Shown here in pieces: positions 9,051-17,898 of a DNA stretch of 64,000 nucleotides. The notes under the pieces are model-generated. The model saw only the letters and a list, made by a program, of their open reading frames with translations. It was not told the DNA's origin and searched no databases. The stretch covers positions 1,954 to 65,953 of the forward strand of contig CAZRVU010000001.1 of assembly GCA_964603615.1 (NCBI GenBank). The letters run 5' to 3'. Positions within the stretch are counted from its first letter, which is position 1; each line of letters opens with the position of its first letter. The translations under genes were made by a program, and so were the position numbers. Source of the stretch: an uncultured Desulfovibrionaceae bacterium. GTDB taxonomy: Bacteria; Bacillota; Dethiobacteria; DTU022; UBA8154.

Positions 9051-9467
9051 TTGAAAAGAAAATTGCCCCGCGAGTATGCTTTCAAAATACTATTTATGAT
9101 CGATGTCGGCGGGAACGATGCTGAAGCAGCGCTCCATCATCTGCTTGATGACACCGCTTTTTCTGTCAATGAAAAATCTTTTTGTACAGCGTTGGTGGAG
9201 GGTGTCTTGGCAAAAAAAAATGAACTGGATCAAATATTGTCCCGCCACCTCGTTAAATGGCAATTAAGCCGCCTGGCAGCAACGGTCCGCAATATTTTAC
9301 GTCTTGCTCTCTATGAGTTGCTTTATGCCCGGGATATTCCCCCGGTTGTTTCCATCAATGAGGCCATAGAGCTGGCTAAAGCCTACCAGGATGAAGAAGC
9401 AGCACGTTTTGTGAACGGTATCCTCGACGCTATACATAAAGAGCATCAAGAAACTATTACGAACTGA
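9051..9467 (+). CDS. nusB: Transcription antitermination factor NusB
   Basis: 138 aa; NusB fold motifs (AFKILFMIDVGG..., RNILRLALYELLY). Confidence 0.85.
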   Translation: MKRKLPREYAFKILFMIDVGGNDAEAALHHLLDDTAFSVNEKSFCTALVEGVLAKKNELDQILSRHLVKWQLSRLAATVRNILRLALYELLYARDIPPVVSINEAIELAKAYQDEEAARFVNGILDAIHKEHQETITN

Positions 9468-9544
9468 ACCCCTGCTTGCTAGACGCTAGCGTTGAATTTT
9501 ACTGTGCCTGAATATTCTGTATTGATAAACATTGTTTTGATTTT

Positions 9545-9566
9545 GTCTTTCGAAAGGACTTTTTTG
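9545..9566 (+). terminator. Terminator candidate (palindrome GTCTTTCGAAAGGAC + T6)
   Basis: Near-perfect palindrome followed by TTTTTT downstream of nusB. Confidence 0.45.
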
Positions 9567-9628
9567 TTATTATGGCGAACTTAGATCCTTAAAAAAGGAC
9601 ATAAAAGTAAAGGAGGTTTAGGTAATTT

Positions 9629-10477
9629 ATGTTCAAAATAGTTAAAAAAAGAGTATTAGCAGATGTATCCAAATTAATGGAAGTGGAAGCGCCGCTCGTG
9701 GCACGTAAGGCGCAACCCGGACAGTTTATTATTTTGCGTGTCAGCGATAACGGGGAAAGAATTCCTTTAACTATCGCTGACAGCGACAAAGAAAAAGGGA
9801 CAATCACCATTATTTACCAGGAGGTTGGTAAAACAACAAAGGAACTGGGGGCCCTTGAAGAGGGGGATTTTTTAAATGACTTTGTTGGGCCGCTGGGTCG
9901 GGCCATGGAGTTGCCGACCTCGGGACGAGTTATTGCTGTGGGCGGCGGGGTAGGTATTGCCCCGATCTACCCGAAGGTGAAGGCCTTTCATGAGGCAGGT
10001 ATGGAAGTTATCTCTATCATTGGGGCGCGGACAGCCGATCTCCTCATTTTAGAAGATGAAATGAGGGCTGTTAGCAAGGAGCTTCACATTTGTACTGATG
10101 ACGGGACAAAAGGGCATCACGGTTTTGTGTCCGATATCCTGCAGGGCATGCTCGATGATAAAAGCAAAAAGATAGATGAAATTATTGCTGTAGGTCCGCT
10201 GCCGATGATGCGTGTCATTGCCAATCAAACGAAACCCTATGGTATTAAAACAGTGGTTAGCTTAAACCCCATTATGGTTGATGGGACGGGGATGTGCGGG
10301 TGTTGCCGCGTGACTGTTGGCGGGGAAACAAAGTTTACTTGTGTCGACGGCCCTGTTTTTGATGCACACCAGGTTGATTTTGCGGAGCTGACCCGTCGTA
10401 GTCAGATGTATTTGCCGGAAGAAAAAATAGCCTTGGAAAAATATGAGAAGGAAAGCGGATCTGGAGGTGGGCGCTAG
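9629..10477 (+). CDS. nfnA: NfnA/SudB-type FAD/NAD(P)-binding [2Fe-2S] oxidoreductase subunit
   Basis: PyrK/FNR-like fold with C-terminal cysteine cluster GMCGCCRV...FTCVDGP; immediately upstream of a GltD-like partner. Confidence 0.7.
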   Translation: MFKIVKKRVLADVSKLMEVEAPLVARKAQPGQFIILRVSDNGERIPLTIADSDKEKGTITIIYQEVGKTTKELGALEEGDFLNDFVGPLGRAMELPTSGRVIAVGGGVGIAPIYPKVKAFHEAGMEVISIIGARTADLLILEDEMRAVSKELHICTDDGTKGHHGFVSDILQGMLDDKSKKIDEIIAVGPLPMMRVIANQTKPYGIKTVVSLNPIMVDGTGMCGCCRVTVGGETKFTCVDGPVFDAHQVDFAELTRRSQMYLPEEKIALEKYEKESGSGGGR

Positions 10478-10479
10478 TT

Positions 10480-11901
10480 ATGTTGGAAAAAGATGAGATC
10501 AAAAAGCTGCGCAAATTAAAAGAAAAGCATCCGATGCCGGAACAGACTCCGCAGGAGCGCATCAAAAATTTTAACGAGGTGCCCTTTGGTTATGATGCCG
10601 AAACGGCAATGAGAGAGGCTGCCCGTTGCCTGCAGTGCAAGGATCCCAAATGTGTAGAGGGTTGCCCGGTAGAGGTGGATATTCCTGCTTTTATCCAATT
10701 AATTGTTGAGGGAAAATTTGATGAAGGTATTAAAAAGCTGAAAGAAAAGAACAGCCTGCCGGCGGTTTGCGGGCGCGTTTGCCCTCAGGAGAGCCAGTGT
10801 GAAGCACTATGCTTGCGCGGCAAAAAAGGTGAACCGGTGGCTATTGGGCGCCTGGAACGTTTTCTTGCCGACTATGAACTGGCCAAGGGAGTGGAAACAC
10901 CTCCTAGGCCGGAACAGACTGGAAAGCGCGTTGCTGTCGTCGGTGCTGGCCCGGCCGGGTTGACTGCTGCCGGTGATCTGGCCAAAATGGGGCATGAGGT
11001 TGTTCTTTTTGAAGCATTTCATGCCACGGGGGGAGTTCTCCGCTATGGGATCCCTGAGTTTCGTTTGCCCAAGGAAAAAGTTTTGCAACGCGAGGTAGAT
11101 TATATTGCCAGCCTGGGCGTTGAGATTAAAACAAACGTGGTTGTGGGGAAAACTATAACGATCGATGAACTTTTTAATGAAGAAGGTTTTCAGGCTATCT
11201 TCATCGGTACGGGGGCGGGGTTGCCCCAATTTCTCCATATCCCGGGGGAAAACTTGAACGGTGTTTTTTCAGCAAATGAGTTTTTGACGAGAGCCAACCT
11301 GATGAAAGCCTATCTGTTCCCTAAGCATGATACGCCAATCAAACTGGGTAGAAAAGTTGCTGTGGTCGGTGCGGGGAACGTGGCGATGGATAGTGCCCGT
11401 ACATCGCTGCGCCTGGGTGCCGAAGAGGTTCATATTGTTTATCGTCGTTCGGATAAAGAGATGCCGGCCCGTGCCGAAGAAATTGAACACGCTAAGGAAG
11501 AAGGCGTTGTCTTTAATTTGCTGACCAATCCTGTAAGGATCATCGAGGATGAAAATGGTTGGGTTAAAGGGATGGAATGTATTAAGATGGAGCTGGGCGA
11601 ACCGGACGATTCCGGACGGGCGCGTCCCATTCCCATCGAGGGTTCCGAGTTTGTTTTTGATGTGGATACTATCGTTATTGCAATAGGTCAAAGCCCCAAC
11701 CCGCTTATTCCACAGACTACGCCTGATTTGGAGATTGGACGCCGGGGAACAATTACGGCGAACGAAGAAGGGGCAACCTCCCGCGCAGGAATATATGCCG
11801 GAGGGGACATCGTTACAGGGGCTGCCACGGTTATTTTAGCCATGGGTGCCGGTAAGGTGGCTGCACGGGCAATAGATAGCTATCTAAAAACATTATCTTA
11901 A
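10480..11901 (+). CDS. nfnB: NfnB/GltD-type glutamate synthase small-subunit-like NADPH oxidoreductase
   Basis: Cys motifs CLQCKDPKC...CP, CGRVCPQE; two dinucleotide-binding sites VAVVGAGPAGL and VAVVGAGNVAMD. Confidence 0.75.
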   Translation: MLEKDEIKKLRKLKEKHPMPEQTPQERIKNFNEVPFGYDAETAMREAARCLQCKDPKCVEGCPVEVDIPAFIQLIVEGKFDEGIKKLKEKNSLPAVCGRVCPQESQCEALCLRGKKGEPVAIGRLERFLADYELAKGVETPPRPEQTGKRVAVVGAGPAGLTAAGDLAKMGHEVVLFEAFHATGGVLRYGIPEFRLPKEKVLQREVDYIASLGVEIKTNVVVGKTITIDELFNEEGFQAIFIGTGAGLPQFLHIPGENLNGVFSANEFLTRANLMKAYLFPKHDTPIKLGRKVAVVGAGNVAMDSARTSLRLGAEEVHIVYRRSDKEMPARAEEIEHAKEEGVVFNLLTNPVRIIEDENGWVKGMECIKMELGEPDDSGRARPIPIEGSEFVFDVDTIVIAIGQSPNPLIPQTTPDLEIGRRGTITANEEGATSRAGIYAGGDIVTGAATVILAMGAGKVAARAIDSYLKTLS

Positions 11902-11926
11902 TATTTAATGAGGAGGTTTTACTGGC

Positions 11927-12808
11927 ATGGCAGCAAAAATTATTTCTGGAAATGAAGTGGCCAAAGAGATCCGGGCCGAACTTAAGGAAAAGGTAGCAGG
12001 ATTAAAAGAGAAAGGTATTGTACCCGGTCTTGGTGTAGTGCTGGTGGGCGAAGATCCCGCCTCTGTTTCTTATGTTACCAGTAAGGCCAAGGGTTGTCAG
12101 GAAATTGGGATGTATGAGGAAACGATCCGTCTCCCGGCGGATGTGCCTGAAGAAGAGGTGCTCAAAGTTATCGATGGTTTAAACAAGGATCCAAAATTTA
12201 GCGGAATTTTGGTGCAGCTTCCTCTGCCGGATCATATCAGTGTCGATAAAATTATCGGCTATATCTCCCCGGAGAAAGACGTCGATGGTTTTCACCCGGT
12301 CAACGTGGGCAAACTACTGCGGGGCGAGCCCTGCCCGCTGCCTTGTACCCCCCACGGTGTCCAGCAGCTTTTATTCCGTTCCGGCAATGATCCGGCGGGT
12401 AAACACGTCGTGGTTTGTGGCCGCAGCAATATCGTAGGCAAACCCTTGGCAGCGATTTTAATGCAGAAGAAAAAAGGGGCCAATGCTGTGGTAACTGTTG
12501 TGCATACGGGCGCCAAGGATATTTCTTATTTTACAAAGCAGGCTGATATTCTCATTGCTGCCATGGGCAGGCCCCAGGCGATTACTGCCGATATGGTGAA
12601 GGAAGGTACAGTTGTAATTGATGTGGGTGTCAACAGGATTCCGGATGCTTCCAAAAAGAGTGGTTTCCGCCTGGCGGGCGATGTGGATTTTGAACCCGTT
12701 GCTGCTAAAGCGTCATTTATTACACCAGTTCCCGGCGGTGTAGGGCCCATGACCGTAACCATGCTTCTTTATAACACTGTCGAAGCGGCAGCTACGCTCA
12801 ATCAGTAA
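11927..12808 (+). CDS. folD: Bifunctional 5,10-methylene-tetrahydrofolate dehydrogenase/cyclohydrolase FolD (canonical copy)
   Basis: Canonical motifs SVSYVTSK (Tyr/Lys), DVDGFHP, GRSNIVGKP, PVPGGVGPMTV. Confidence 0.9.
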   Translation: MAAKIISGNEVAKEIRAELKEKVAGLKEKGIVPGLGVVLVGEDPASVSYVTSKAKGCQEIGMYEETIRLPADVPEEEVLKVIDGLNKDPKFSGILVQLPLPDHISVDKIIGYISPEKDVDGFHPVNVGKLLRGEPCPLPCTPHGVQQLLFRSGNDPAGKHVVVCGRSNIVGKPLAAILMQKKKGANAVVTVVHTGAKDISYFTKQADILIAAMGRPQAITADMVKEGTVVIDVGVNRIPDASKKSGFRLAGDVDFEPVAAKASFITPVPGGVGPMTVTMLLYNTVEAAATLNQ

Positions 12809-12824
12809 TTCAAGGCGCAGATCT

Positions 12825-13679
12825 ATGCCTGCAAAAATATTTAGCGAGGAAGAGGTGGGGGATAAAGTCCAACTCGAAATCCTGGCGGAATTTGGGAACC
12901 TGTGTAAAAAAACAAAAAATGTTCCCGGTTTGGCCGTGATCGTTGTTGGTGAAGACCCCGCCTCTCTTTCTGCTGCTCAGAAAAAAGAAGAAGTGGGTAA
13001 GGAACTGGGTTTTCGTGTTGGGTTACATCGTTTGCCTGCAACTGTTTCTACAGAGGAAGTTTGTAAGGTAATCCGCCGTCTGAACAGTGAAGAACAGCTC
13101 CATGGTTTGTTTTGTCAACTGCCTTTGCCCCGTCATTTGCCGGAAAAAGACATTATAGCAGCCATCGATCCCGGGAAGGACGTTGGCGGTACGCACCCGC
13201 TGAATGCGGGGAGGCTTTGGGGCGGGATGGATTGCTACCTGCCTTGCAGTGCTGATGGTTGTTTGCAGGCTCTGAACTTGACCGGACAATCGCTTCAGGG
13301 TAAAACAGCGGTACTGCTTGGACACAGCAATATTGTTACTAAACCGCTTGCTCTTGTGTTGTTACAAAAAAATGCTACGGTTACTGTATGTCCAACCATA
13401 ACCGGGGAGCTGCCGGGGATCTGCCGCAGTGCTGATATTCTCATTACAGAGATGGGAAAGCCCGGGCTAGTCAAGGGCGATTGGGTCAAGCCCGGAGCAG
13501 TGGTAATTGGTGCTGCTGCAACCCGGTCAGCGGAAGTTTCGATGGGAGATGTGGTCTCCGGGGAGGTTGTTCAGGTTGCGGGGTGGTTTTTTCATTTACC
13601 GGCCAGGGAAACAGGTGTGCTCATGCCGCTCATGTTGATGAAAAACACGCTGAAAGCATTCCAGAAAATAATAATTTAG
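12825..13679 (+). CDS. FolD-like paralog 2 (divergent; Tyr of YxxxK replaced, DVDGF->DVGGT, C-terminal PVPGGVGP motif lost)
   Basis: Clear global alignment to the upstream FolD but with substitutions at conserved positions (SLSAAQKK; DVGGTHP; GHSNIVTKP; C-terminus HLPARETGV). Confidence 0.7.
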   Translation: MPAKIFSEEEVGDKVQLEILAEFGNLCKKTKNVPGLAVIVVGEDPASLSAAQKKEEVGKELGFRVGLHRLPATVSTEEVCKVIRRLNSEEQLHGLFCQLPLPRHLPEKDIIAAIDPGKDVGGTHPLNAGRLWGGMDCYLPCSADGCLQALNLTGQSLQGKTAVLLGHSNIVTKPLALVLLQKNATVTVCPTITGELPGICRSADILITEMGKPGLVKGDWVKPGAVVIGAAATRSAEVSMGDVVSGEVVQVAGWFFHLPARETGVLMPLMLMKNTLKAFQKIII

Positions 13680-13813
13680 TAGTTGCTTCTGGGAAAGGTC
13701 AAAAAGTCTGCGTCGCGGATGTAGGTCTTTGAACTTTTCCCTTCTTTATTCTAGTTGCAGTCAACAAGATGCTAGTTATAGCAAACAATGGATTGAGCAA
13801 CAGGAGGAAATAA

Positions 13814-14653
13814 ATGAGTGCAAAAACGATTAACGGGGAACAGATTGCCAGAGAAGTGCGTGAGCAACTAAAATCGGCTACGGTTACTTTAAAGAAAAAG
13901 GGTGTAATGCCCGGCCTGGCCATTGTGGTACTCGCCAGCCCTGTAGCCCGCATTCATGTTGCCCGCTTAAAAGAACGAGCTTGCCGGCAACTCGGTATTT
14001 ATTGCCGGGCCTGTTACTTGCCGGAGAATACTACAGAGGATGAACTGGAAAAACTGCTAGCCCGTCTGAATACCGCACCGGAGATCCATGGAATAAACAT
14101 TCACCCCCTGCCGCCGTCTTTTAACCATATGTGTTTTTCTCAATTGGTAGCCCCGCACAAGGATATTGAAGGCCTTCATTTTTTGAATATGGGTGATTTT
14201 TTTAAGGGCGAATACCTGCTGACTCCCTATGTGGCCAAGGGTATTATGAAGCTAATCGGTGCAACTGGAGAAAATTTGGCGGGGAAAAGAGCTGTAATTG
14301 TCGGGCGCAGCCAGCTTGTTGGAAAACCGGTAGCCTTTTTACTGATGGAAAAAGGCGTAGCTGTAAGTATCTGCCATACCCGGACAGTGGATTTGGCTTC
14401 TTTTACGAGGGAGGCGGATCTACTCATCGTTGCTGCTGGCAAACCTCGTTTGATCACTGCCGGGATGGTCAAAGCAGGGGCGATTGTCATCGATGTTGGT
14501 GACAATCTTATCGGTACGCACCTTACGGGCGATGTGGATTACTGGAATGTGAAAAAAATTGCCGGTTGGATAACACCTGTACCGGGAGGTGCCGGCCCGG
14601 TAACGATCACCATGTTGTTTGAAAATCTACTGGAGGCGGCACAGGCTCAATGA
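13814..14653 (+). CDS. FolD-like paralog 3 (divergent; Tyr replaced, DIEGLHF, SQLVGKP, C-terminal PVPGGAGPVT retained)
   Basis: Alignable to FolD along its full length; catalytic Lys retained (HVARLKERAC) but Tyr and NADP-pocket residues altered. Confidence 0.7.
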   Translation: MSAKTINGEQIAREVREQLKSATVTLKKKGVMPGLAIVVLASPVARIHVARLKERACRQLGIYCRACYLPENTTEDELEKLLARLNTAPEIHGINIHPLPPSFNHMCFSQLVAPHKDIEGLHFLNMGDFFKGEYLLTPYVAKGIMKLIGATGENLAGKRAVIVGRSQLVGKPVAFLLMEKGVAVSICHTRTVDLASFTREADLLIVAAGKPRLITAGMVKAGAIVIDVGDNLIGTHLTGDVDYWNVKKIAGWITPVPGGAGPVTITMLFENLLEAAQAQ

Positions 14654-15864
14654 AAGAACAAAGCGTTTATACAGTATCCCAAGTAAACTTTTACCTAAAA
14701 GGCCTGCTGTTGCAGGATAATTTACTTCAGTCTATCTCCATCCTTGGCGAAATTTCCAACTATAAGCTCCACAAACCCTCGGGTCATATCTATTTTACCC
14801 TGAAAGACAAAGATAGTATTATCCGTTGTGTTTTTTTCTTGAGCAAAAACAGGAGGCTGCTATTTGTGCCGGCAGATGGGATGAAAGTCATTGCCAGCGG
14901 CAGTATCTCCCTTTATGATAAGAGTGGTTATTACCAGCTTTACGTTGAAGATTTAAAACCGGAAGGAATTGGTGCTCTTTACCTGGCCTTCGAGCAACTG
15001 AAGGCCAAACTCAAAAGCGAAGGGCTTTTTGATGCCGCCAGGAAGAAGCCTTTGCCGCGCCTGCCGGGTAAGGTGGGGTTGGTTACTTCGCCGACGGGGG
15101 CAGCTATCCAGGATTTTTTAACAACTTTGGAAAGAAGGTTTCCTTGTGTTAGCGTCCTGCTTTATCCCGTGGCCGTTCAGGGCGGGGAGGCTGCCGGTCA
15201 GATAATTAATGCCCTTCAGACGCTGGATAGCCTGGGTGATATCGATGTTTTGGTGCTAACCAGGGGTGGCGGCTCTCTCGAGGAGTTATGGCCTTTTAAC
15301 GACGAAAGGCTGGCCCGGGTTATTGCAGAGTTAAATACACCCGTCATTAGTGCAGTAGGGCACGAAACAGATTTTACCATTGCCGACTTTGTTGCAGATC
15401 TTAGAGCTTCAACGCCTACGGCTGCTGCAGAGCTGATGGCCCCGGAACAAAAGGAACTCTTGCGATATTTAAGTATGCAAGAACAACGTCTGCTGAATAT
15501 CTGGCATGGTTTTAAACGAGAAAAAAGAATGATTTTAAAGACATTTTCCGGCGCTGTTTCGCTAAAGTACCCCCGTGAAAAAATTAACCAAGGTTATCAG
15601 CGGGTTGATGAGTTGGGACAACGGCTTGCACAAAACATACAATATCATTTAAAATTCAAAAAGACTGCCCTTAGCCACATCGAGGAAAAAATACAAGCTT
15701 TAAATCCCAGGCATATTATGGAGCGGGGGTTTGCGTTGATCAGCGACGGGCAGAATATGCCGGTTAGCAGTATCAACTCTCTGCAAGAGGGCCAGGATAT
15801 ACACGTTACCTTCCATGACGGGGAGGCCGGTTGTCAGGTGCAAAAGGTAAAAAGGAAAAATTAG
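14650..15864 (+). CDS. xseA: Exodeoxyribonuclease VII large subunit
   Basis: 404 aa; OB-fold N-terminus and XseA core; conserved folD-xseA-xseB order. Confidence 0.9.
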   Translation: MKEQSVYTVSQVNFYLKGLLLQDNLLQSISILGEISNYKLHKPSGHIYFTLKDKDSIIRCVFFLSKNRRLLFVPADGMKVIASGSISLYDKSGYYQLYVEDLKPEGIGALYLAFEQLKAKLKSEGLFDAARKKPLPRLPGKVGLVTSPTGAAIQDFLTTLERRFPCVSVLLYPVAVQGGEAAGQIINALQTLDSLGDIDVLVLTRGGGSLEELWPFNDERLARVIAELNTPVISAVGHETDFTIADFVADLRASTPTAAAELMAPEQKELLRYLSMQEQRLLNIWHGFKREKRMILKTFSGAVSLKYPREKINQGYQRVDELGQRLAQNIQYHLKFKKTALSHIEEKIQALNPRHIMERGFALISDGQNMPVSSINSLQEGQDIHVTFHDGEAGCQVQKVKRKN

Positions 15865-15889
15865 ACAAGCAACTGAAAGAGGGTTTGAG

Positions 15890-16126
15890 GTGTCTCCAAA
15901 AGAAAAAAAGAAATTAAATTTTGAAGATGCTTTACAAAAACTGGAATCAATTGTAGAGCAAATGGAAAAAGAGGAACTTCCCCTGGAAAAATTGCTGCAG
16001 CATTTGGAAAAAGGGATGGGGCTGATACAACATTGCCGCCAGATGCTCTCTGAAGCCGAATTTAAGGTAGAAGCGCTGCTGCAAAACAACGAACAGGTTG
16101 CCCGGGACGATCTTGAAGAAGAATAA
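15890..16126 (+). CDS. xseB: Exodeoxyribonuclease VII small subunit
   Basis: 78-aa coiled-coil protein directly after xseA. Confidence 0.85.
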   Translation: MSPKEKKKLNFEDALQKLESIVEQMEKEELPLEKLLQHLEKGMGLIQHCRQMLSEAEFKVEALLQNNEQVARDDLEEE

Positions 16127-16167
16127 CGCCCAAAGGCGCTTTTTCCATGCGTTTATTAAAACAGGTA

Positions 16168-16357
16168 GTTGTGGATTAGCGACCTGTGAAGCGAGGTAAA
16201 GAGTTCACGGTTTAGCGCAGGCCTTGAGGCGTTCCTGCCGACAGGACGTTGGCAGCCGGCCATGTGCCCACGGAGGGGCACTTGGCCGGGCAGGACGACT
16301 GGGGCCGGAGCTAAACCGTAGAAACTCTCCGAGCTGAACTTGGAGCTAATCCACAAC
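16168..16357 (+). ncRNA. Candidate structured ncRNA: ~190-nt long imperfect hairpin (6S-RNA-like architecture) closed by a perfect 13-bp stem GTTGTGGATTAGC/GCTAATCCACAAC
   Basis: Arms pair imperfectly over their whole length with internal loops and an apical GTGCCC-ACGGAG-GGGCAC hairpin; GC-rich unlike typical intergenic DNA; sits between xseB and ispA. Confidence 0.3.
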
Positions 16358-16380
16358 CCACGCCACCTGGGGGGGTTACA

Positions 16381-17298
16381 ATGAACTTTGAACATTTAAT
16401 GGAAACTAGAAAAGCTTTACTCGATAGGGCTATGGATTATTTCCTGCCCGCTGAAAAAGAATACCCCCGGGAGATTCACCGGGCGATGCGCTATAGTGTT
16501 TTTGCCGGCGGCAAGCGCCTCAGGCCGCTTTTGGTTTTATTTTCAGCGGAACTATTTACCGCTGATTGGCAAAGGGCGCTTCCGGCGGCTTGTGCGCTGG
16601 AATTAATACATACCTATTCCCTCATTCATGATGATTTGCCGGCAATGGACGATGATGACTACAGAAGGGGGCGCCTTACTTCTCATAAGGTATTTGGAGA
16701 AGGCGCAGCCATCTTGGCCGGGGATGCCTTGTTAACCCTGGCTTTTGAAATATTAGCCGGCTGCTGGGAACAGAAAAACGAATTGTATCATGCCTATTGG
16801 GCAAATGTCCGGCCGGAGGTTAAGCTCAAAGCTATTTGGGAATTGGCTCGCGCGGCAGGAGTTGGAGGGATGGTCGGAGGACAGGCAGTAGATCTTGCTT
16901 CGGAAGGAAAAGCGGTTGACGCAGGCACTATGGAATATATTGATACTCATAAAACGGGGGCGCTGCTTTTGGCTTCTGTACGTTTAGGGGCTCTTTTGGC
17001 TGGTGCTGAGGCTAATGAGCTGGACAGGCTCTCTGCTTTTGCCCGCTTGTTGGGAAGGGCTTTTCAGATTGTCGATGATCTTCTGGATATAGAAGGTGAC
17101 GAACAAAAAATGGGGAAGGCCAAAGGGAAAGATGTGCAAAGAGAAAAAGCCAACCTGGTTTCTTTTTATGGTGTGGATGCTGCCAAAAAAAACAGGGATC
17201 AATTATTTACGCAAGCCATGCAGGAGCTGTCTTTTTTTGGCGAAGAAGCTTTCCCCCTGCGGGAGATTACCCGCCTGGCCTTTTACCGGGATTATTAA
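16381..17298 (+). CDS. ispA: Farnesyl diphosphate synthase (geranyltranstransferase)
   Basis: Two aspartate-rich motifs LIHDDLPAMDDDDYRRG and FQIVDDLLD. Confidence 0.9.
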   Translation: MNFEHLMETRKALLDRAMDYFLPAEKEYPREIHRAMRYSVFAGGKRLRPLLVLFSAELFTADWQRALPAACALELIHTYSLIHDDLPAMDDDDYRRGRLTSHKVFGEGAAILAGDALLTLAFEILAGCWEQKNELYHAYWANVRPEVKLKAIWELARAAGVGGMVGGQAVDLASEGKAVDAGTMEYIDTHKTGALLLASVRLGALLAGAEANELDRLSAFARLLGRAFQIVDDLLDIEGDEQKMGKAKGKDVQREKANLVSFYGVDAAKKNRDQLFTQAMQELSFFGEEAFPLREITRLAFYRDY

Positions 17299-17898
17299 TG
17301 CATGAGCGGTTTACCATGGAAACGAAAGGTAACCCCTAATTTTATTTGAAATAGATATTTAATTCGAGTATAATAATAATTAGTTAGTAGTTAATTGATT
17401 GGACATAGCGTGGCGCAGTATCCTAGTTGTCACCAGCGTTTTCGAAGCGGGTGAAAAAACCGCTTTGGGCACAACGATGAAGTTCCTGGTGTTGGCTGCC
17501 GAAGCCCAGTCGGGGGTTAATACTGGGAGTTAAGGGGGACGGGGCGATCTACAAAGGCATGTAGGCGTTGACCCTGCCCCCGTGGAGACCCAAGTGCGTG
17601 GCGTATTACCATAAGGGTAAAGGGTTAGGGCTTGGGCCAGAACCTGTGTGTGGTCAAAACTGTGCACAGCGTAGCCGGCCTTGCGCGGCTTTGGGGGAGG
17701 AAGGCTTGGTCCTTAGGAAACCAAAACCGCAAAAAAGGATAGAAAACGTTATGGAGGCATCGGGGAAAACTCCTAGGCTGTTCCCTCTACCCGGGGGAGG
17801 CTTTATGGGGATTAAAGTGTGGTCTAAGTGGTAATCCAGCCCTGTTAGTGGCAACATGGCAGAAATGTTCTGAAAAGGAAACTGCCCCCTGGTAACAG
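17299..17898. other. ~600-bp GC-rich apparently non-coding block between ispA and the next gene (possible structured RNA or leader)
   Basis: No ORF >90 codons with protein-like composition; many G-runs and local hairpins (e.g. AAGCGG-GTGAAAAAA-CCGCTT); extends to ~18141 if the downstream gene starts at MRSYLIS. Confidence 0.3.

Noticed and set aside
10807-11691. Multiple 60-143-aa minus-strand ORFs inside nfnB and other long genes (also within dxs, recN, ispH-S1)
   Set aside because: All lie antisense within strongly supported + strand genes, lack RBSs, and have skewed composition typical of antisense frames.
17568-17857. Short overlapping ORFs (88 aa +, 67 aa -) in the ispA-DUF21 spacer
   Set aside because: Composition is G/P/R/C-rich and non-protein-like, with no RBS and no domain resemblance; the region is more consistent with structured RNA.
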